Below are positions 38,226 to 43,158 of a stretch of 43,158 nucleotides of DNA, piece after piece. Source of the DNA: Thermoproteota archaeon (GTDB lineage Archaea; Korarchaeota; Korarchaeia; Korarchaeales; Korarchaeaceae); NCBI GenBank assembly GCA_027491395.1, contig JAOZFI010000054.1:1-43158 (forward strand). Direction: 5' to 3'. The position numbers and the translations under genes were made by a program. Position 1 is the first letter of the stretch, and every line of letters starts with the position of its first letter. The notes under the pieces were generated by a model. That model searched no databases. It worked only from the letters and a program-made list of their open reading frames with translations, and was not told the origin of the DNA.

Positions 38226-38744
38226 TTAAAATTCTATACCTTCCCTTGCATGGATCCCGGATGAGAAGGGGTGCTTCACCTCCTTGAACTCGGTCACATA
38301 GTCCGCCAATTCATAAAAAGAGGGAGGAGCGTATCTTCCAGTAAGGACAACCTCCGTGCGTGGGTGCCTCGACTTAACTGCCGAGATCACCTCCTCCTCA
38401 TCGATTAGATTGAAGGCCACAGCCACGTTCACCTCGTCCAAGATCACCAATCTGTAACTGCCGGAGGCCATGGCTTCAGCGGCCTCTTTGAGACCTCTCT
38501 TGGCCATGGCTATATCTTCCTCTGTTGGCCTCTTTGGATCCACGAACCTCTCGCTGCCGAACCTCCTTACCTCTATCTCGGGTATTTTTCTGACCGCCAC
38601 GACCTCCCCTGTTGGTAGTCCCTTCAGGAACTGGACTATGAGGACTCTACCTCCCCTTCCGGCTACCCTCAACGCCAGGCCAAAAGCCGCCGTGGTCTTT
38701 CCCTTGCCGTTACCCGTATAGAGGTGTACCAGCCCTCCGCTCAC
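38226..38744 (-). CDS. cobO: Cob(I)alamin adenosyltransferase, CobO/BtuR family
   Basis: YTGNGKGKTTAAFGLALR, VQFLKG, LVILDE, VVLTGR, KHPF..GI.AREGIEF. Confidence 0.95.
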   Translation of the reverse strand: MSGGLVHLYTGNGKGKTTAAFGLALRVAGRGGRVLIVQFLKGLPTGEVVAVRKIPEIEVRRFGSERFVDPKRPTEEDIAMAKRGLKEAAEAMASGSYRLVILDEVNVAVAFNLIDEEEVISAVKSRHPRTEVVLTGRYAPPSFYELADYVTEFKEVKHPFSSGIHAREGIEF

Positions 38745-38754
38745 TTGAATCCCC

Positions 38755-41700
38755 TCAAGAGACCACGCAGGCCGACCACCCGCAGTCCAAGCAGGTGACG
38801 CAGTCCTCCTTGTACACCAGCCTGGTGCTGCCGCACTCTGGACACCTCTCCACGTGATTCGCTGGCTGTGGCGATGGAGGTTTGAAGACCGGCTGAGCTA
38901 GAGCCTTCTCCTCAACGGGAGCCTTCTTGAGCTGGGGGAGCTCTATACCGAGCATCTCCATCATCTTAAGCGTCTGGTTCTCTGTCTTCACCACGTACTC
39001 ACCTTTCCTCTGGGAGGGGGTCACGAGAACCTGGGCCGCCTTAGAGCCGTCCCTGTAGACGGTGATGCCCTTCAATCCCAGCTTGTAGGCGAACAGGTAG
39101 GCCTTCTCAACGTCCGAGACGGACACCCAGTTGGGCATGTTTATTGTCTTGCTCACAGCAGCGCAGATCCACTTGGCTATCTCCGCCTGGGCCCTGACGT
39201 GATCCCACCACGGTATGTCGTAGGCCACGAGGAACACCTGCTGCATCCTCTTGAAGAGCTCCTCCTTGCCCTCGGGAGGCTCTATCCCCTGAAGCGAACC
39301 CCCATTATCGGCAATCTCCTTAAGAAGCTTCTCGTGGTAGAGGCCGTTCTCCTTGAGTTGCCTTTCCAACTCCCTGTCCACGTAGAAGAAAGAGCCGACG
39401 GATACCCTCTTCTCATACACCAGAGCGAATTGAGGCTCTATTCCCGATGAAACGTCAGCTATCATGGAGATAGAACCAGTCGGGGCTATCGTCGTTACTT
39501 CGGCGTTCCTGATCCCGTACCTCCGTAACTCGTCCTTAAGGGTGTCCCAGTCTAGGTGCCACCACTCCGGATGATAGAAGCCCTCGACCGGCATTTCCCC
39601 CTTGACGTACCCTGATCTCCCGTAAAGTGGGAAGGCCCCCCTTTCTTTGGCCATTTCAACGCTCTCCTTCATGGCGAAGTAGGTGAGGTACTCAGCCACC
39701 CTCCTCATGAAATCGAAGCCCTCCTCACTATTGTACGGTATTCCCAGCGCGAAGAGGACGTCAGCCAACCCCATCAAACCGAGGCCGACCTTTCTCGTGG
39801 CCTTGGTGTTCCTCTCTATCTCCGGAATGGGGAACTTATTCACATCGATGACATTGTCGAGGAAACGAAGGGCCAGCCTTACGTCCTCAGAGTAAGAATC
39901 CCAATCGAAGGATGTAATTCCGTTCTCTCTCCTTATGTAAGCATATAAGTTAATACTTCCTAGGTTACATGACTCATATGGATATAAAGGCTCCTCACCA
40001 CAGTTGTGGTTTATCAGACCGTTCGCGATGTAGTTATGATATGTTGGGACGGTGAAGTCGTAGAAGTCCACTAAACCAGCATCCTCCACAGAGGAGACAG
40101 TTACCCATACCGAGTCCCTCTTTGTTTTTCTTAAGAGAAGTTTCTCAAGCTTTTCAATGCTCTCAAATCCTATTAAGTCCTTGAAGATCTTCCTGCTATA
40201 GCCCTTAATTATCAGCTCGTAGTATCCACCGGCCTTGTAAGTCCTCTCCTCCCCATCTTTAGTCGTGTAATGGAATTTCCCTTCATAGGGCCTCTCGTAT
40301 ATGGCTGAGTATATTCCAAAGGTGGTGAGCAGCACCTGTACCTCCTTCAGTAGTTCCAAGCTGGCGCTGGTCAGCCTCACCGCCCTGTCTGCGTCCACAT
40401 ACCCGTCTGCCGTAAACAGGCCGCTGAGGAACGCTAACAGGGCTCTAGGTGAGAGGCTCCATGCTACATCGGGCAGGCTTCTCTCTCTGCTCCTCTCCAT
40501 CGTCTGACCCATCAGTTTCATGATATTCTTGTAGACAGTCGTTGCCCTGTTGTACTGGACCTTGTGCTCGCTCTCGCTCAGTACGTAAGTGTGGGAGAGT
40601 GGGTTGCCTCCGATCTTCTCTATCCCCCTCCTGACCCTCTCCTCAGCAGCCTTATCTCCGTGGCTGAAGAACCACGCTACATAATGCTTGTTCAGGGTCC
40701 CATCACCAACCAGCCAACCCAACGCAAAGGCCACATCCTCGTCCAAGTCGTAACTACCTTCATAGATCTCATCCAAGAACCAAGGGTGCAACCTCGCCAG
40801 TTTGATCTTATCCCCGGGCTTGAGATCTTTCGCCTCTATCCAGCCTTCTGGCGTGAGGACCTTGTGCTCTGGGGTGAGTGTCAACTCATATCCCTCCTTC
40901 GTGACCACCCTCAGTCCCTGCTTCCTTCCCACATGCCAGACCCAAGCTCTGACCCTCTTTGGAATGAGGAGCCTCAATTCATCTCCATGTACAGTCCTGT
41001 AGATGACCTCATCTCCCTCCGTAGCTACCAATTCTGTCTCATAGGCTTGAGGCTCACCGCTATCGCCCAAGACATCTTCATCAACGGCTACCGCCTTGAC
41101 GGGGCCCCTCATCTTAGATAGTCGATAGATTTCAGAGGCCCGGAACCATCCTGCTGGCGTGAGCACCCTAGTATCGCCAGCTACGCAGGGATTTGTTGAT
41201 TTTATTTCACCTAATGCTTCTTTCATTATATTTCTTTTGTTTATATTATCAGCGAACAACACACCCGGATCTCCGGTGCGCCAAGCCATCTCGGCTATCT
41301 TCCTGAAGAACTCCCTAGGATTCAGGGTATCCCAAACTTCGCCATTTCTGGGATTGATGAGGGTGTACTCCTCTCCAGACTCGAACTTGGGCCAGAAGTC
41401 CTCCGTTATCATCACTGATATGTTGAAGTTCTCGAACTGACCGGGCTTGGCTTTGGCCTCCACGAACTTCCATATATCGGGATGCCACACCTCCAGTATG
41501 CCCATATTTGCTCCTCTTCTGCGCCCTCCCTGCTTCACCACGTCCGTGATCACGTCTATTATTCTCATGAAACTGACCGGCCCCGAGGCCTGACCTCCGG
41601 TTGACCTGACTATGTCGCCCTGTGGTCTGAGCTTTGAGTAATTGATCCCCACTCCTCCGCCGGACTTGAATATCATCGCTGCGTCCGTGGCAGCCTTCAT

Positions 41701-42576
41701 TATCGACTCCAAGCTATCGTCTATGTCCAATACAAAGCATGCCGATAGTTGGCCCAGCCTAGTGCCAGCGTTGAACAGCGTCGGGGAGTTGGGAAGGAAC
41801 CTCAGATCGACCATAAGCCTGTAATAGTTGAGGAAGTCTTGGTAATGGTGATCGAACTCGCCATGGAGGAGCATTTCCCAGAACTGGGACCAGCTCACCT
41901 TCATCTTCCCCTGCTCGTTCAGTTCATCGTAGAGCGCCTTCATCCTCTCCAAGTGGTAGCTGTTCCAAGTGAAGGTAGGAGCTAAATGGTTCTCTGGATG
42001 TCCGTTCTTAAGCCCCACCTTACCTTCCCATTCTTCAGGTGAGAACTCCTCCTTTGGGTGAATTGGTTGACCGCCATCCTTGTCGAACACCTTGGGATCG
42101 TGTAGCACATCGGGGATCACCACTAGGGAGGAGACCCTTATGAACATGCCCTTTGGGTCCTCCTTCAGCCTCCCGTCCGGGTCCTTCTGTAGATATCTAG
42201 CGGCAAGGAGCCTGATGGCATTTAGGGAGAGCCTCTTATCTACATCATCCACGTAGTCTTTGCCCAGAACGGCCATCTTCTCCTTCCTTATCTTCTCCCT
42301 CTCCTTCCTGTAGAGGATGTACGCCTTGGCCACGTCGAAGAGGTCGTACTTCATCAGGGCAAGTTCCACTATGTCCTGGATCTCCTCAACGTGGGGCGGA
42401 TTATCGTCGCTGAACGTCCTGTTTATGACTCTGAGCACGTATCTAACTACCTTATCAAGTTTAGCTTCATCGTAATGTCCTACCTCCCGCATAGCCCCCT
42501 CTATGGCCCTCTTTATGCGAGAGGCATCGAATGGGACGATTCTACCGTCCCTCTTAACTACCTTAGTGACCGGCAT
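38755..42576 (-). CDS. nrdJ: Adenosylcobalamin-dependent (class II) ribonucleotide reductase with ATP-cone and one intein
   Basis: ATP-cone VVKRDG, FLPNSPTLFNAG, QLSACF, QGGRRRGANMG, NP/CGE split by the intein, TIAPTG, VSKTINMP, C-terminal CxxC pairs. Confidence 0.95.
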   Translation of the reverse strand: MPVTKVVKRDGRIVPFDASRIKRAIEGAMREVGHYDEAKLDKVVRYVLRVINRTFSDDNPPHVEEIQDIVELALMKYDLFDVAKAYILYRKEREKIRKEKMAVLGKDYVDDVDKRLSLNAIRLLAARYLQKDPDGRLKEDPKGMFIRVSSLVVIPDVLHDPKVFDKDGGQPIHPKEEFSPEEWEGKVGLKNGHPENHLAPTFTWNSYHLERMKALYDELNEQGKMKVSWSQFWEMLLHGEFDHHYQDFLNYYRLMVDLRFLPNSPTLFNAGTRLGQLSACFVLDIDDSLESIMKAATDAAMIFKSGGGVGINYSKLRPQGDIVRSTGGQASGPVSFMRIIDVITDVVKQGGRRRGANMGILEVWHPDIWKFVEAKAKPGQFENFNISVMITEDFWPKFESGEEYTLINPRNGEVWDTLNPREFFRKIAEMAWRTGDPGVLFADNINKRNIMKEALGEIKSTNPCVAGDTRVLTPAGWFRASEIYRLSKMRGPVKAVAVDEDVLGDSGEPQAYETELVATEGDEVIYRTVHGDELRLLIPKRVRAWVWHVGRKQGLRVVTKEGYELTLTPEHKVLTPEGWIEAKDLKPGDKIKLARLHPWFLDEIYEGSYDLDEDVAFALGWLVGDGTLNKHYVAWFFSHGDKAAEERVRRGIEKIGGNPLSHTYVLSESEHKVQYNRATTVYKNIMKLMGQTMERSRERSLPDVAWSLSPRALLAFLSGLFTADGYVDADRAVRLTSASLELLKEVQVLLTTFGIYSAIYERPYEGKFHYTTKDGEERTYKAGGYYELIIKGYSRKIFKDLIGFESIEKLEKLLLRKTKRDSVWVTVSSVEDAGLVDFYDFTVPTYHNYIANGLINHNCGEEPLYPYESCNLGSINLYAYIRRENGITSFDWDSYSEDVRLALRFLDNVIDVNKFPIPEIERNTKATRKVGLGLMGLADVLFALGIPYNSEEGFDFMRRVAEYLTYFAMKESVEMAKERGAFPLYGRSGYVKGEMPVEGFYHPEWWHLDWDTLKDELRRYGIRNAEVTTIAPTGSISMIADVSSGIEPQFALVYEKRVSVGSFFYVDRELERQLKENGLYHEKLLKEIADNGGSLQGIEPPEGKEELFKRMQQVFLVAYDIPWWDHVRAQAEIAKWICAAVSKTINMPNWVSVSDVEKAYLFAYKLGLKGITVYRDGSKAAQVLVTPSQRKGEYVVKTENQTLKMMEMLGIELPQLKKAPVEEKALAQPVFKPPSPQPANHVERCPECGSTRLVYKEDCVTCLDCGWSACVVS
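40003..41187 (-). mobile_element. Intein (395 aa) with LAGLIDADG homing endonuclease
   Basis: Begins CVAGDT after STNP; block B LTPEHKV; LAGLIDADG-like LGWLVGDG and LSGLFTADG; ends FYDFTVPTYHNYIANGLINHN followed by Cys. Confidence 0.95.
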
Positions 42577-42874
42577 ACCCCTATCAATTCCATCGCGGGA
42601 GCAATCTATAAGAACACTACCTAGATCTTTTCAACTCCATTTTCCGGTTTATACGAACGTAGATTTATGATAAGCTTGATATTATAATAAGAAGTTGACA
42701 TAAGAGTGCATATCCACCTTTGTAGACGATCCAACGGAGACCAGCCCCTTAAGCTAATAAAGTTTAGTCTATGGGTTAAAAACTTTTTTCGAAGATAGAC
42801 GTATCGAAATTAACATACTATGAACATGGCTGAGCTCTAACCTTGATTCCTATATACGAATTAAAGGTTAAATC

Positions 42875-43158
42875 TTATTGTTTAAGCTGGGTTCTCTCTA
42901 GCTTCTTGGGGAGTGTCACACCCCTCTGCCCCTGATAGCTCCCGCTGTACGGCCTCTCCACTTCACCTTCCACCCTGAAGAAGACCACATGAAGGAACCT
43001 TATGCCCCTGTACAGCTTCACGGGCGCAGGTCTGGTCCACATGACCTCTATCGTCAGTTGACCCTCGAAGCCAGCGTCTATCAGCGTTGGAGGGGCGACG
43101 AAACCCCACCTAGCAATGGAGGAGCGGAGCCCGCAGAGGGCAGCTACGTCGTTGGGCA
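42875..43158 (-). CDS. dcd: dCTP deaminase, 3' part (5' end outside the window)
   Basis: Manual translation: [18 protein letters not shown]...[12 protein letters not shown]...[16 protein letters not shown], stop TAA at 42875. Not in the ORF track. Confidence 0.9.
   Translation of the reverse strand, partial: PNDVAALCGLRSSIARWGFVAPPTLIDAGFEGQLTIEVMWTRPAPVKLYRGIRFLHVVFFRVEGEVERPYSGSYQGQRGVTLPKKLERTQLKQ

Noticed and set aside
125-42624. The many 60-210 aa ORFs antisense to or nested in identified genes
   Set aside because: Shadow ORFs expected from codon bias; no motifs or independent start signals.
37560-42874. Replication origin in the AT-rich gaps (37560-37700, 42577-42874)
   Set aside because: No ORB-like repeats with G-strings and no cdc6/orc1 gene in the window.
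1-43158. CRISPR array, IS element or provirus
   Set aside because: No regularly spaced repeats, transposase, integrase or virion genes seen.

Overview
Archaeal chromosomal DNA. GGAGGTGA-type Shine-Dalgarno sites, TATA boxes, AGG/ATA codon use and gene content suggest a thermophilic TACK-type archaeon, plausibly Korarchaeia (inference). Left part: argG-argH, three hypothetical/surface genes, a frameshifted radical SAM gene, icd, and a FAD oxidoreductase divergent from a membrane Fe-S (HdrD/GlpC-like) oxidoreductase. These are followed by purA, a pyrF-E-B-I-K-C operon lacking pyrD, and pyk. Middle (18.6-27.7 kb) is an accessory zone: four VapBC toxin-antitoxin modules (two intact, two decayed), a PD-(D/E)XK-like protein, a YkgJ-type protein, a disrupted carAB pair, and a strongly structured ~127-150 nt non-coding element I cannot assign to a known RNA family. 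Right part: an intact 11-subunit complex I-like operon (nuoABCDHIJKMLN), a stand-alone encapsulin-type ferritin-like protein, cobO, an intein-containing class II ribonucleotide reductase and the 3' part of dcd. Best leads: (1) the orphan four-way-junction RNA at ~21.12-21.27 kb; (2) a 28-aa duplication in the NuoL lateral helix with only one nuoM; (3) AT-rich tracts flanking the intein; (4) local decay of carAB while pyr/arg genes stay intact. No CRISPR array, tRNA, rRNA or transposase was seen. All calls were made by eye, without database searches.
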